From a virus (lineage: Duplodnaviria; Caudoviricetes), in IMG/VR virus record IMGVR_UViG_3300011116_001007: a stretch of 64,000 bases of DNA; one strand, 5' to 3'. Position 1 is the first letter of the stretch, and every line of letters starts with the position of its first letter. Below the pieces are notes generated by a model. The model was given only the letters and a program-made list of their open reading frames with translations. It was not told the DNA's origin and ran no database searches. The translations under genes were made by a program, and so were the position numbers. Of the stretch, positions 27,680 to 36,839 are shown piece after piece.

Positions 27680-28750
27680 TTATCGGTACTGTACGTTCTG
27701 TATCAGGCCATTTGAGAATACTACTGTGGCAGCCAACGATCCTTGGAACTGCAACGGAAGGTACCCTGATCCACCATTGGTCACTGTGACCGATCCAACC
27801 GTACCACCATCGCTGGCAGTGGCCACTGCTTCGGCGCCTGCACCATTGCCCAGAATTTGCACATATGGTGCAGCCACGTAATATTGTCCTAAATTAGTCA
27901 GGCTAATTCCTGTTACCACTCCGTCAACCACAGTGGCAGTACCACTAGCACCATAGCCAATGCTGTTGTTCATGGCCAATCTCAACAGCGGATGAAATCC
28001 CACAATGTTGAAGTAATCACTTACTGTGGCATCCAAATATTGTCGTGCTTCTGACACATCTGTCCATACTGCTTCGTAGTTTTCGGCCGCTTGCACTTTG
28101 ACTGTGCCTGTGTAATGTACTAGGTCAAACTTGATTGTGGTAAATGCAGTTTGATTGGTGTTGATATAACTGCTGTAGAATTCAGTTGCCTGAATGCTGT
28201 TGATGGGTTGCGGGGTCAGTGCCCAATCAGGGAATGCTGTGGGTGCTGCACCTACGTATTGATTTTTGCCATACAAATCAGGCACAGTACAATCTGCACT
28301 GGGAATAAAACTAGGGAATACACTGTCCACAATATTGCAATCAGCCCTGGCAGAACTGTCAGCGCCAGTGTATGCTGCCTGAACATAGTCACCGGCAGCC
28401 CGTTGTATGCTGTAGCTGGCAGGTTGTGCTTGAATATTGATAGTATCCGAGCTGTCTAGCACCACTTTGACTCGTCCTGTGCTTGCACTTAAGGTCTCCA
28501 TATCTTTGGCCAACAGCAGTTGACCTCCAGCTTGATCAATCAGTCGGAACACAAATGTGCTGCCAGTGATGTTCACAGGTTTCTGATCTTGATTTATAAA
28601 CTCAAACAACAGCACATTGTCAACACCTTTGTTAATGGTTAGGGTTCTTGCGTACACAGGGTCGTACCTCGCAGTAAAGTATCCTCCACTGGTGTCTACT
28701 AGTAGCACTCGTGTGATTTGTTGGTAAAGATAAACGGTGGTAGAATACAT
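27680..28750 (-). CDS. virion structural protein (baseplate/tail-associated)
   Basis: C-terminal G-x-G-A-x-A...V-T-N-G-G-S-G-Y repeats typical of myovirus tail/baseplate proteins; late promoter 7 nt upstream. Confidence 0.7.
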   Translation of the reverse strand: MYSTTVYLYQQITRVLLVDTSGGYFTARYDPVYARTLTINKGVDNVLLFEFINQDQKPVNITGSTFVFRLIDQAGGQLLLAKDMETLSASTGRVKVVLDSSDTINIQAQPASYSIQRAAGDYVQAAYTGADSSARADCNIVDSVFPSFIPSADCTVPDLYGKNQYVGAAPTAFPDWALTPQPINSIQATEFYSSYINTNQTAFTTIKFDLVHYTGTVKVQAAENYEAVWTDVSEARQYLDATVSDYFNIVGFHPLLRLAMNNSIGYGASGTATVVDGVVTGISLTNLGQYYVAAPYVQILGNGAGAEAVATASDGGTVGSVTVTNGGSGYLPLQFQGSLAATVVFSNGLIQNVQYR

Positions 28751-28757
28751 ATCCTAT

Positions 28758-28787
28758 TATTTATCCAAAAAATATTGACCATAAATA
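28758..28787. promoter_or_regulatory. back-to-back late promoters
   Basis: TATTTA at 28758-28763 (minus) and TAAATA at 28782-28787 (plus). Confidence 0.7.
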
Positions 28788-28793
28788 CCCGCG

Positions 28794-29171
28794 ATGGGCA
28801 ATAATGTTTTCGAAAAATTAACTGAGAAATATCCATTTATCAGCTTGTGCATGTATGCCAATGCTGAATATGTGGGTGTGATACAGAACAAAGATGATGT
28901 GGTCACCACCATCTACGACTTTGGTGCAGTGGCAGATCAAGCTGACAAACTGAATTACCTGGAGTTGGCATCTGTTTGGTGGTGGGAAAGCAATAGATCC
29001 ATTCCCATAAACATATTTCTGCGTAAAGATTGGGAACAATTTCGCTACACATTACGCACGTTTGTCAACAAAGACCTAGAAATCTTGCATGGCCCTGCTT
29101 GCAGTTTGTTGGACATAGCCCGCAAAAAAAGCAAACGAAAAAGTATTATGCTGGTTCGCCGACTTGAGTAA
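28794..29171 (+). CDS. hypothetical late protein
   Basis: 125 aa with basic C-terminus; TAAATA 6 nt upstream. Confidence 0.75.
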   Translation: MGNNVFEKLTEKYPFISLCMYANAEYVGVIQNKDDVVTTIYDFGAVADQADKLNYLELASVWWWESNRSIPINIFLRKDWEQFRYTLRTFVNKDLEILHGPACSLLDIARKKSKRKSIMLVRRLE

Positions 29172-29724
29172 GTAGATTCATGTGTAGTGCAACCAAGGCT
29201 GCGTAACCAAGTGCATGAGCTTTCTTAAACACATATCCCCGACCAAGATCACCATCCCATACTGAGTCAAACACCTCTGACCACGGCTTATTCTGCAGGT
29301 GTGCCTTGCCTGGACGTATCACAGATATGAATGCTGCCATTCTAGGAATTGAGTTGGGCTGCATGGTCCTTAGTAGTTCAGTGTAATTTCCCACGTGAAC
29401 CAGTTGGCTTGCCCAGGCTGGATCTGTCCACAATTTTGCCCATGGTGGCTCTGCTGTCGACATCAGTTCGTAGTGTGCAGGATCTTTTACCAGTCCGTAC
29501 ACACTCATGTTCAACAAGTCAATCTTGAAGTAGCCACGTGATTCGGCTGTTTCGTAATCCAAGGCAGCGCATCCTAACACAGGATCCAGTGGAATGTCAG
29601 TCACATACACACCCGAATTGTGTTTTCTTGCTGTGCCTTGATACAGTTGCCGTGCAGGTGTGTGCTGTATCAGCTTCAGCACATGTTCTCTGTCGGCAAA
29701 ATCAATGTCAATATCTGCACTCAT
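29146..29724 (-). CDS. miniature C-family (DnaE/Pol III alpha-like) polymerase core
   Basis: DIDIDF, RKHNSGVYV, GYFKIDLL, SVIRPG and GYVFKKAHALGY are collinear with DnaE PDFDVDF, GKHAGGVVI, GLVKFDFL, LFRPG and GYGFNKSHSAAY. Confidence 0.85.
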   Translation of the reverse strand: MSADIDIDFADREHVLKLIQHTPARQLYQGTARKHNSGVYVTDIPLDPVLGCAALDYETAESRGYFKIDLLNMSVYGLVKDPAHYELMSTAEPPWAKLWTDPAWASQLVHVGNYTELLRTMQPNSIPRMAAFISVIRPGKAHLQNKPWSEVFDSVWDGDLGRGYVFKKAHALGYAALVALHMNLLTQVGEPA

Positions 29725-30500
29725 ATCAAATTCAATTTTTTTATTGTTGGTAATAATATTTTTTCAGCAAACGATCGATGTGCATCTGCTTGATAGTGAC
29801 CTATTCCTGGCCGATCAATAAAATCAAAAGGAACAAATCCTTGTTGATTGCTCCAGCTACAAAATCCAAAGTTATCAAGATCAATAAATCGAGGATCATT
29901 TACTATCTCATTTCGAAAGAAATCTAACAAATAGTCAGAATCTAACTTTTCTGGAGTTACACAATTAAACACTAAAAAATTAATATCAAGTCGATCCAAT
30001 AATGATTTCAACATGATTAGATCACAAAATAAATTTATACGCTCAGCATACGGACTATAAAAATAAGCTCGCCCCTCGGTATATTTTTTGTAGAACTTTT
30101 CTTCTAACAGATGTGGATTCTTAGCATCCTGGAAAAATCCTTGCAGTAGTGTTTCTCTCCAGTTCAGTTGATTACTAAACACATGAGTGCCAAAATTGCT
30201 TTCTTCAGATTTCAATGGCTGGCTATTGTCTATCCATAACTCTGATCTAATCTCAAAAGTTAGCCCAATCAACGCAATTGTTTTTTGTTGAGGATTTAAC
30301 TGTCTTTGTTGAATCATGTCATGAACCGTGGTCCTGATAATTCTACGATTGCAACTGCCAGATATAGCACGATTCATAACATATCCGGGCAGATGTTCAT
30401 TGACTACATAATCATATGTTTTGTCCTGCATTGTGGGACGATATTTCGGATTACTGTAACTGTCTCCATTGCAATAGATCATCGTATGCGATGTACTCAT
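29721..30500 (-). CDS. SGNH-hydrolase-like protein
   Basis: NGDSYS, NRAISGSCN and GHYQADAH; AT-rich. Confidence 0.65.
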   Translation of the reverse strand: MSTSHTMIYCNGDSYSNPKYRPTMQDKTYDYVVNEHLPGYVMNRAISGSCNRRIIRTTVHDMIQQRQLNPQQKTIALIGLTFEIRSELWIDNSQPLKSEESNFGTHVFSNQLNWRETLLQGFFQDAKNPHLLEEKFYKKYTEGRAYFYSPYAERINLFCDLIMLKSLLDRLDINFLVFNCVTPEKLDSDYLLDFFRNEIVNDPRFIDLDNFGFCSWSNQQGFVPFDFIDRPGIGHYQADAHRSFAEKILLPTIKKLNLI

Positions 30501-30501
30501 T

Positions 30502-31176
30502 TTACCATCCTGCCTGTTTCAACATTTCCTGTGCGTACTCGTGATCTGTGGGATATGTTTGAAATTTTTTCTGCCAAACGTCTGAATCAATATACATCCA
30601 AATCATGGCCACTTGTTCCGTACCTAGCTCACTCAAAAACTTTTGCCCAGACTCTGAACTGTAAATCACCCAAGGGCTGATTCGTCCAGTGGTTATGGCA
30701 TGGCATATCACATTGGCATTGCCATAACGCAAACAATCATGTGCAGGGTTATTGGTTTTTTCAGCCCAGTCCAATCCGTATTCCATGGCTCGTGCTAGCG
30801 CATCATCCACTGCTTCCAGTGTGAGATAATTTACCAAGTATTCAGTATACACTTGATCGCTGCACCAACGATCAATTTTTTTTTGTTGTTTCAGCAGCCA
30901 GGCCATGAATCGTTCAGGATTGATCACGCGAGTGTTCACACAGTAATGACCAAACTTCACAAACGCACGATAGTAGGATGACGTTTCAAAATCTTCAAAT
31001 GTTTTGTTCTTGGCTGAACCTTGCATGGTTTCGTAAAACCTCACATAGGCCTGCAATGCCAGTTGTACTCCTCTATCGCCGCGTTGCAGCCTGCGACGTT
31101 TGGGTTCGCACATGTGTACTTCTATACTGCTTTCTCTTGAGAAAGTTTTTTCACAGTATCCGCAAGTGAATGTCAT
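30502..31176 (-). CDS. hypothetical protein with N-terminal C2H2/C2HC zinc finger
   Basis: CGYC...F...S...HMC N-terminus. Confidence 0.7.
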   Translation of the reverse strand: MTFTCGYCEKTFSRESSIEVHMCEPKRRRLQRGDRGVQLALQAYVRFYETMQGSAKNKTFEDFETSSYYRAFVKFGHYCVNTRVINPERFMAWLLKQQKKIDRWCSDQVYTEYLVNYLTLEAVDDALARAMEYGLDWAEKTNNPAHDCLRYGNANVICHAITTGRISPWVIYSSESGQKFLSELGTEQVAMIWMYIDSDVWQKKFQTYPTDHEYAQEMLKQAGW

Positions 31177-31619
31177 TTTTTGTCGTTGCCACTGGCTCGG
31201 TTGTAACTATCTATTTCTTTTTGTGTGACCAGCTGTGCCATCACGTCAATCTCATCATCTTTGTATGTGGGAAAGATTGCCATCAACGCTCGTCGCTTGG
31301 CACTGAGTCCTGCTTCTTTTTTCTTGGGCGCTATCCAGTTGTGCCTCATCACTCCCATGCCGGGGCTGGCAGCAGTTGCACACAGCCATTGTAGTTTGGT
31401 ATGCTTGGCTATGTCAAAGAAGTTTTTGTTCAAATAGTGATTGGTACTCTGCACGTAGTATTCTTGTAGTTGTCTGCTGCCGCCAACTGCACTGCCCCAA
31501 CGTATCATGAGATAGGTACTGAATTTCTTTCGTTCCTCTGAGGTAAGCTCATCATAAAATGCACGATTCTTTGCATCCAGTTGCCGCATCTCGTTGTTGA
31601 TGTTTAGTTTATCGCTCAT
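31173..31619 (-). CDS. probable clamp-loader small subunit (T4 gp62-like)
   Basis: FSTYLMIRWGS...N...QWL...A..PG...WI..KK pattern resembles gp62 (YSKFMVENALS...N...[20 protein letters not shown]); replication context. Confidence 0.5.
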   Translation of the reverse strand: MSDKLNINNEMRQLDAKNRAFYDELTSEERKKFSTYLMIRWGSAVGGSRQLQEYYVQSTNHYLNKNFFDIAKHTKLQWLCATAASPGMGVMRHNWIAPKKKEAGLSAKRRALMAIFPTYKDDEIDVMAQLVTQKEIDSYNRASGNDKK

Positions 31620-31915
31620 GTTGCTTTGGTTGTTTTGGTCAGATGATAGATCATTATAGCATTTTCCAAGGCATCGTGTAAAGTGGGATTGGTTTTGGCT
31701 TCTCTGCGAATGTCACCCCACAGTTTGGCCTCCTGCAAGGCTTCATGTCGTTGTCTCATTCCTGCTCTGATGTCATGGTCTCTACGTTCTTCAAATGTTT
31801 CGTAGTCATATCCTATTTCTGTTCGTGTGCTGGGATCAGCACCAGATTCGCGAGAATACACTGTGTTGCCAACACGTTCGTAAACAAGGGTTGCGCCAGG
31901 CTTTAGTTGTCCCAT
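31616..31915 (-). CDS. hypothetical protein
   Basis: 99-aa ORF, coupled on both sides. Confidence 0.75.
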   Translation of the reverse strand: MGQLKPGATLVYERVGNTVYSRESGADPSTRTEIGYDYETFEERRDHDIRAGMRQRHEALQEAKLWGDIRREAKTNPTLHDALENAIMIYHLTKTTKAT

Positions 31916-32415
31916 TACCAGGCCTTGTTATAGTCTACTATCTCGCAGTTGCGACTGATGTCTTTGACAAAATACACACAGTCAGGCTCTGCGTCATCAT
32001 TCAACGGCACAGCCAACAGCTGGCCATTTTTTAGTTTGGGTGCAAACCAGTTGACTTCGTGATACACATCCAATATTTCAATGTCAGGAAAGCTGGGTCT
32101 GAAACTGGTCAACGGATTGAATTGAAACACCTTGAAACCACGGTCATTTATACTGGTAAGTGGCAGCACTTCAAGATCGCCCACATCGGGTTCACCAATT
32201 AGTATCTGCCAGTCCATGGGCATTTTTATAGTGGCATCGCCTATTCGCAGCACCAAGGCAGGGGCGTTAAAACTTTCCAAGAATATAAGTGGAATAAAAT
32301 GATAATCTGGATCTTTGGGGTCTGAGTTGTCCAAGATGGCGAATCTCATATCATCTACTTCATCGGGCAAGTGATCTAAGTCATAAAAGCTATTGTCTAA
32401 GGTTAATATACGCAT
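31915..32415 (-). CDS. hypothetical protein, possible degenerate Hint-like fold
   Basis: 166 aa, beta-rich; own sigma70 promoter; fold is inference. Confidence 0.7.
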   Translation of the reverse strand: MRILTLDNSFYDLDHLPDEVDDMRFAILDNSDPKDPDYHFIPLIFLESFNAPALVLRIGDATIKMPMDWQILIGEPDVGDLEVLPLTSINDRGFKVFQFNPLTSFRPSFPDIEILDVYHEVNWFAPKLKNGQLLAVPLNDDAEPDCVYFVKDISRNCEIVDYNKAW

Positions 32416-32423
32416 GATGCCTA

Positions 32424-32452
32424 AGTATACAAGATTGTTATGGATTTGTCAA
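32424..32452 (-). promoter_or_regulatory. sigma70-type promoter
   Basis: TTGACA-17 nt-TATACT, 8 nt from the ATG at 32415. Confidence 0.85.
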
Positions 32453-33204
32453 GTCTTTGACAGTTTTATTATTTCCGCATGCACAGCATCTGCTACTTTT
32501 TGCTGAGTGGCCTGATCTGTGTGAAAAGGTCGATCGTCATTGTAATCTGGGTGCATGACATAAGTATCACCTACCATCTTGCCTTGCATTTGATAATCAA
32601 ACATGGCACGACCCAGTGACAGTTTCATGTCTATTGGAACAATTCCTGATTTTTCTGCTTGATGATGCCAATGCGCCAGAATCCAAGAGTCAACTTCTTG
32701 ATACAATGCTTCGTTAAAAAAATATTTAAAATGGTATTCAATGGCTCGGTGTTGATCTTTGGTAATTATCAAAGTAGGACTGGTTTCAAGTCCTTGTGGC
32801 ACTGTACTCAGTATGGGTGCGTCATTGTCGGGAGTTTGTACTCCATTGGAGGATGTGCAAATTGGGTTGTGGCCAACATAAGTGGTGTAGGAACTTTCAT
32901 CATCCGTGAATGGATATATGAAATTTTTCAATCCTTTTTCAACTTGAAAATTGTCATTTACTAACAAGTTCAACCGGCTGCTCCAGGTGCTGTGGTACAA
33001 TAAAAATCTACATCCGATTTCAACTGCTTCTCGCATTTGCCAGGCAATGCCAAGATTGTCCATAGAAGACCTTGCCAAACACAATACCGAATATCCATAT
33101 TGATCTTGCAATATTTGGCTGTAATGATCTCTAGCATTGCTGGTTGCCGAACTAAAACTGTCACCACACACTATTATATCAAATTTCATTTTATCTTCAT
33201 CCAT
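32449..33204 (-). CDS. SGNH-hydrolase-like protein
   Basis: CGDSFS, CLARSSMDN and RPFH. Confidence 0.6.
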   Translation of the reverse strand: MDEDKMKFDIIVCGDSFSSATSNARDHYSQILQDQYGYSVLCLARSSMDNLGIAWQMREAVEIGCRFLLYHSTWSSRLNLLVNDNFQVEKGLKNFIYPFTDDESSYTTYVGHNPICTSSNGVQTPDNDAPILSTVPQGLETSPTLIITKDQHRAIEYHFKYFFNEALYQEVDSWILAHWHHQAEKSGIVPIDMKLSLGRAMFDYQMQGKMVGDTYVMHPDYNDDRPFHTDQATQQKVADAVHAEIIKLSKT

Positions 33205-34655
33205 TCCAGTTTCTCAGCAGTAAATGGATAATTGGCTTCTTTGTAAAACACCTTGCGTTTGTTTAGGTGTCTGCGAGCAAATTTGCACGTACTAGTAATA
33301 TCCCATATCTGCACATGATCTTTGTCTTCGGCTTTGCGGATGCCGCGCCCGATGCTTTGTATCACTCGCACAAAACTCTTGCCAGGTTCAATCAGCACCA
33401 GATTAAAGATCCGCGGAATGTTGATGCCCACAGCAGCCACACCATATGTGGCCACGATGATCTTGCCGTCGCTCACAGCAATCTCATCATATTCTTCCTG
33501 ACGTACTTTGGCTTTAGTGGCTCCAGAAACAAACACGGCATGTTCACCCAGTCGTTCCACAAGCTGTCGACCACATTCAGTTCGATCTACCAAGACCAAA
33601 GTATTGCCTGTTTCGTTAACTTGTTGTATCAACGTTGCCATGGTATCCAGGCGGCCAGATTCTTCAAGAAGATATTTTAGTTCCGCTTGATAGTCAGCGT
33701 ATTCCACATGATCTACCAATTGCACTATGTTCACATGACAATTGGCTAAAACACCAGCGTCCTGCAATGTGCTTGCAGACAGTCTGCTGATAACTGGGCC
33801 TAGGCTGACCAGCAAGGCCTGACTTTCAAACAGTTCTTTGGGCACTGTTCCAGTCAAGCCCCAGCGAATTGGCACTCTAGCCATTACACCTGTGAGTAAA
33901 GTTTTTAGTGCATCTGCTTTGGCCATGTGTACTTCATCCACTATCACACACACCACACCTTCAATGAACTCTTGAATGGTGCAATCGCCTACGCCGTTCT
34001 TGGTGTTCTTCATAAGATTGTTTAGACTTTGCCAGGTGCAGATGGTGTGTGTTCGACCGTATTCTTTTCTGTCTCCGAAATACACACCCACATCCAGGTC
34101 CATGTTGATGTAGTCTTTTTCTGTTTGTGTAACCAGACTCTTGTTGGGCACAATCACTATGCTACGACCATATGCACTGACTGCGTCGCTGAGTGCTGCT
34201 GTCATTATGGTTTTGCCTGCACCCGTGGCCACTTCTTGTATGCATTGTGGATTGGTCAAGAAGTTGTTGATGATCTCCACCTGGTAGTCACGCAACAAGA
34301 TTGGTTGGCCTGCTGCAGGATGGTTCTCAGGCCATGCTTTGTTTGCATAACTTTGTTCCGTTACCTGAGCAAACTCAAATGTAGTTGAGTATTCTCTGCG
34401 GTCGTCCAGTTCAATGTCGTAATCAAATCGTTCCAACAAAGGAATAATATCCGGCAACAAATTGATATATGTGCTGCCGCCCAGTTGGAAGTAAGATACC
34501 TTGCCATCCCAGCGACCCAGCCGTACTGCCGGCAAATATCTTGCATACGGAATATCATATTTGAATGACTTGACCAAGGCTTTGCGAGCATCAAGATCAA
34601 GTCCTTCAATTTTGATGTTCACTTCGTCATTGATTTGTATTGTTGCTAGTTTCAT
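33186..34655 (-). CDS. uvsW: SF2 helicase UvsW
   Basis: LRDYQ, ATGAGKT, VDEVH, GLTGT, VGINIP and QSIGRGIR. Confidence 0.92.
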   Translation of the reverse strand: MKLATIQINDEVNIKIEGLDLDARKALVKSFKYDIPYARYLPAVRLGRWDGKVSYFQLGGSTYINLLPDIIPLLERFDYDIELDDRREYSTTFEFAQVTEQSYANKAWPENHPAAGQPILLRDYQVEIINNFLTNPQCIQEVATGAGKTIMTAALSDAVSAYGRSIVIVPNKSLVTQTEKDYINMDLDVGVYFGDRKEYGRTHTICTWQSLNNLMKNTKNGVGDCTIQEFIEGVVCVIVDEVHMAKADALKTLLTGVMARVPIRWGLTGTVPKELFESQALLVSLGPVISRLSASTLQDAGVLANCHVNIVQLVDHVEYADYQAELKYLLEESGRLDTMATLIQQVNETGNTLVLVDRTECGRQLVERLGEHAVFVSGATKAKVRQEEYDEIAVSDGKIIVATYGVAAVGINIPRIFNLVLIEPGKSFVRVIQSIGRGIRKAEDKDHVQIWDITSTCKFARRHLNKRKVFYKEANYPFTAEKLEWMKIK

Positions 34656-35518
34656 TGTATTTTTATTTCACGCACAAACTGTTGGGTGCTTATTTGTTGA
34701 ATCAAGTGTGTTTGATCTACAGACGATTCTAGATCTGCCACAGGAAAATAAAGTGGTTGTGCTTGTATATTATACACACTTGTGATTCCTTTTGCAAGAA
34801 AAAAATCACTGTGTTGCTCAATATAGTTTTGTATTTGTAGATAGTTTTCTGTACTGTCTCGATCATAAAATGCTATCTTAAAATCGGCACTGTAATGACT
34901 GAATGGTCGAAATGCTTGGTCGCTTATGTATGTGTCATTATCAAATGTTAAGTCTTCAACTGTTTTGCCTATCTCACAATAGTTAAGATATACTGTACCA
35001 AATTTAATAGTGGTCTCCCCATATTCGCGTTGTAGTTCAGCCGACAAGTAATGTGTTTTAGGCAAGCCATACCAAGTACACACTATACGCTGAGTATTTG
35101 ACTTTGTAGCATGCTCGCATCTATGTACTGCTAAATTTAAATCAGCCAATGCTGTCCTAACATCATTTGGTGCTGTCATCCAATAATCTGATGTTTGTTG
35201 GTCTAACAACCCATGATATTTTTCAAATATATTATGCAGGTAGTTGAGACAGTCTTGTGTGTATTCAAACTCACGATCAATTATGCGTTTGTGGTTGTTT
35301 ATGATATCAATACAGTTTTGTATCATGTTTACCGCACGAGATCTTTCTTTGGCCGGATCATTAAATCCGTAAAATCTGTCCGGATGATCCAATGGATATT
35401 GATGCCTTTGTTGCATCCGTTCAAGCCATAATTCTGCTAACGCAGTTGATCTAATACGGAATTTTAATTCCATACTGCCACTGTGGCCTAGCAAAATAAT
35501 AAGATGTTTATTAACCAT
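34652..35518 (-). CDS. hypothetical protein
   Basis: 288-aa AT-rich ORF with a promoter 5 nt upstream. Confidence 0.75.
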   Translation of the reverse strand: MVNKHLIILLGHSGSMELKFRIRSTALAELWLERMQQRHQYPLDHPDRFYGFNDPAKERSRAVNMIQNCIDIINNHKRIIDREFEYTQDCLNYLHNIFEKYHGLLDQQTSDYWMTAPNDVRTALADLNLAVHRCEHATKSNTQRIVCTWYGLPKTHYLSAELQREYGETTIKFGTVYLNYCEIGKTVEDLTFDNDTYISDQAFRPFSHYSADFKIAFYDRDSTENYLQIQNYIEQHSDFFLAKGITSVYNIQAQPLYFPVADLESSVDQTHLIQQISTQQFVREIKIQ

Positions 35519-35523
35519 GTTTC

Positions 35524-35552
35524 AGTATATACTTATTGCAAAAAAAAGTCAA
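35524..35552 (-). promoter_or_regulatory. sigma70-type promoter overlapping the terminator U-tract (leaderless predicted)
   Basis: TTGACT-17 nt-TATACT-GAAAC-ATG. Confidence 0.8.
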
Positions 35553-35576
35553 AAAAACAGGCACCTAAGTGCCTGT
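35551..35576 (-). terminator. intrinsic terminator of the AAA ATPase transcript
   Basis: ACAGGCAC-TTAG-GTGCCTGT followed by TTTTTT. Confidence 0.9.
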
Positions 35577-35581
35577 ATAAA

Positions 35582-35609
35582 GTTCGGGCGGAGCCAACCG
35601 TACCCAAAC
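35582..35609 (-). ncRNA. candidate regulatory RNA hairpin carrying an anti-SD apex
   Basis: GUUUGGG-UA-CGG-UUGGCU-CCG-CCCGAAC; a U-G wobble favours the minus strand; GGUUGGCUCC is complementary to GGAGCCAACC in the RBS at 36796-36805. Confidence 0.55.
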
Positions 35610-35612
35610 GTT

Positions 35613-35762
35613 TTAAAAAATCATATTCAACAGTTCGGCAAAATTCCAAGCACTCAAGAATACCCAGAACCACCCGAATGCGTTTTGCTGGCGTTCAAAA
35701 CTGCCCATGGCTAGCCACCCATTCAGCAACATAAACAACACTGACACTGCCATGGCACTCAT
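35613..35762 (-). CDS. small membrane peptide (49 aa, two hydrophobic segments)
   Basis: MSAMAVSVLFMLLNGWLAMGSFERQQNAFGWFWVFLSAWNFAELLNMIF; starts 5 nt after the AAA gene stop. Confidence 0.55.
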   Translation of the reverse strand: MSAMAVSVLFMLLNGWLAMGSFERQQNAFGWFWVFLSAWNFAELLNMIF

Positions 35763-35767
35763 GGTTA

Positions 35768-36793
35768 TTAGGCCGCTTTCATGCAAGTGGTTTCTGCTAG
35801 ACGTTTCCAATTGCCTGTGCTGAGTTTACGCAAGTCAGCAATCTTCAATGCCATACGCAAGCTCATTTCGCGCAGGCGATTTTGATTGGCATTCATGAAG
35901 TCAATGATCTCGTCTTGCATGCAAGGCTCAAAATCATAGTCTTGGAACAACACGCCGTCTTTGGCAATCTGCTTGATACGCAAGATTTTGTCTTGCATGG
36001 TATCCAGCGTCAAGTCCAAGTAGTGGCAACGACTTTGCAGTGCATCCAAGTGATCGCGCAGTTTCTGCGATTTCATTGTTTCAAACTTCAAGTTGGTGAT
36101 AAAGATCACACTGCCTTTGAAGTCGAATTGATCTGGGATGCCTTCACGACGCAAGGTGCTAGACTCACTCAGCCAGGAAATTTTACGTTTCTTGCCTGAG
36201 TCAAGAGCACCTTTCAGCAAGTTCAATGCCACGTCATCAACGAGAATACTGTCGCAGTCATCAAATACCAATACGCAATTATCATCGCTGTATTTGTACA
36301 AGGTTTGATACAGGCCAATGGGAGTGGCTGAACCTTTGACAACTTCTGCTCGCAGTCGTTTACCTGCCAGTTTATCAAACAGCGTGGCTTTTTCAATTTC
36401 TTGTTCCACGCCATAGCTCTTGCCCACGCCCGGGGGACCCGACACAATCATTGCACGGATGTCGCCACCAATTGCGGCTTTGGTCATTTCTGTAAGAATT
36501 TCAAAACGCTCACGGATACGATCCATGGCTTGTTCTTCAGTTTCTTTGGCTTGTGCCGGCACTGCGGCAATTTGCGGTTGTGCTGTCACACTGTCTCCTG
36601 ATACCATCTCATAGTCAGAGATAGCGTTTACTTTGATACGAATGGTGCTGGGGCAGTTGGCGAATGTGCCGTCATTTTGCACAGTCACATAGCCGCCTTT
36701 GGCACCGGTTTGAAAACCTGACACTAGAGCAAAGCTCTGATTTTTTACAGTTTTGCCGCGGTACTCGCCGCGAATAATACGAATAGCACTCAT
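35768..36793 (-). CDS. AAA+ ATPase with small N-terminal domain
   Basis: GPPGVGKS Walker A, LVFDDCD Walker B, FITN sensor 1 and LQSRC arginine finger. Confidence 0.9.
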   Translation of the reverse strand: MSAIRIIRGEYRGKTVKNQSFALVSGFQTGAKGGYVTVQNDGTFANCPSTIRIKVNAISDYEMVSGDSVTAQPQIAAVPAQAKETEEQAMDRIRERFEILTEMTKAAIGGDIRAMIVSGPPGVGKSYGVEQEIEKATLFDKLAGKRLRAEVVKGSATPIGLYQTLYKYSDDNCVLVFDDCDSILVDDVALNLLKGALDSGKKRKISWLSESSTLRREGIPDQFDFKGSVIFITNLKFETMKSQKLRDHLDALQSRCHYLDLTLDTMQDKILRIKQIAKDGVLFQDYDFEPCMQDEIIDFMNANQNRLREMSLRMALKIADLRKLSTGNWKRLAETTCMKAA

Positions 36794-36839
36794 TTGGTTG
36801 GCTCCTATTTGTGCGGTTAAAATTACTTACTAAGCTTCT

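Noticed and set aside
35517-35734. Plus-strand ORFs over the terminator/hairpin region as an antitoxin or protein
   Set aside because: No plus-strand promoter or RBS was recognised; the hairpin wobble and U-tract favour minus-strand RNA function.
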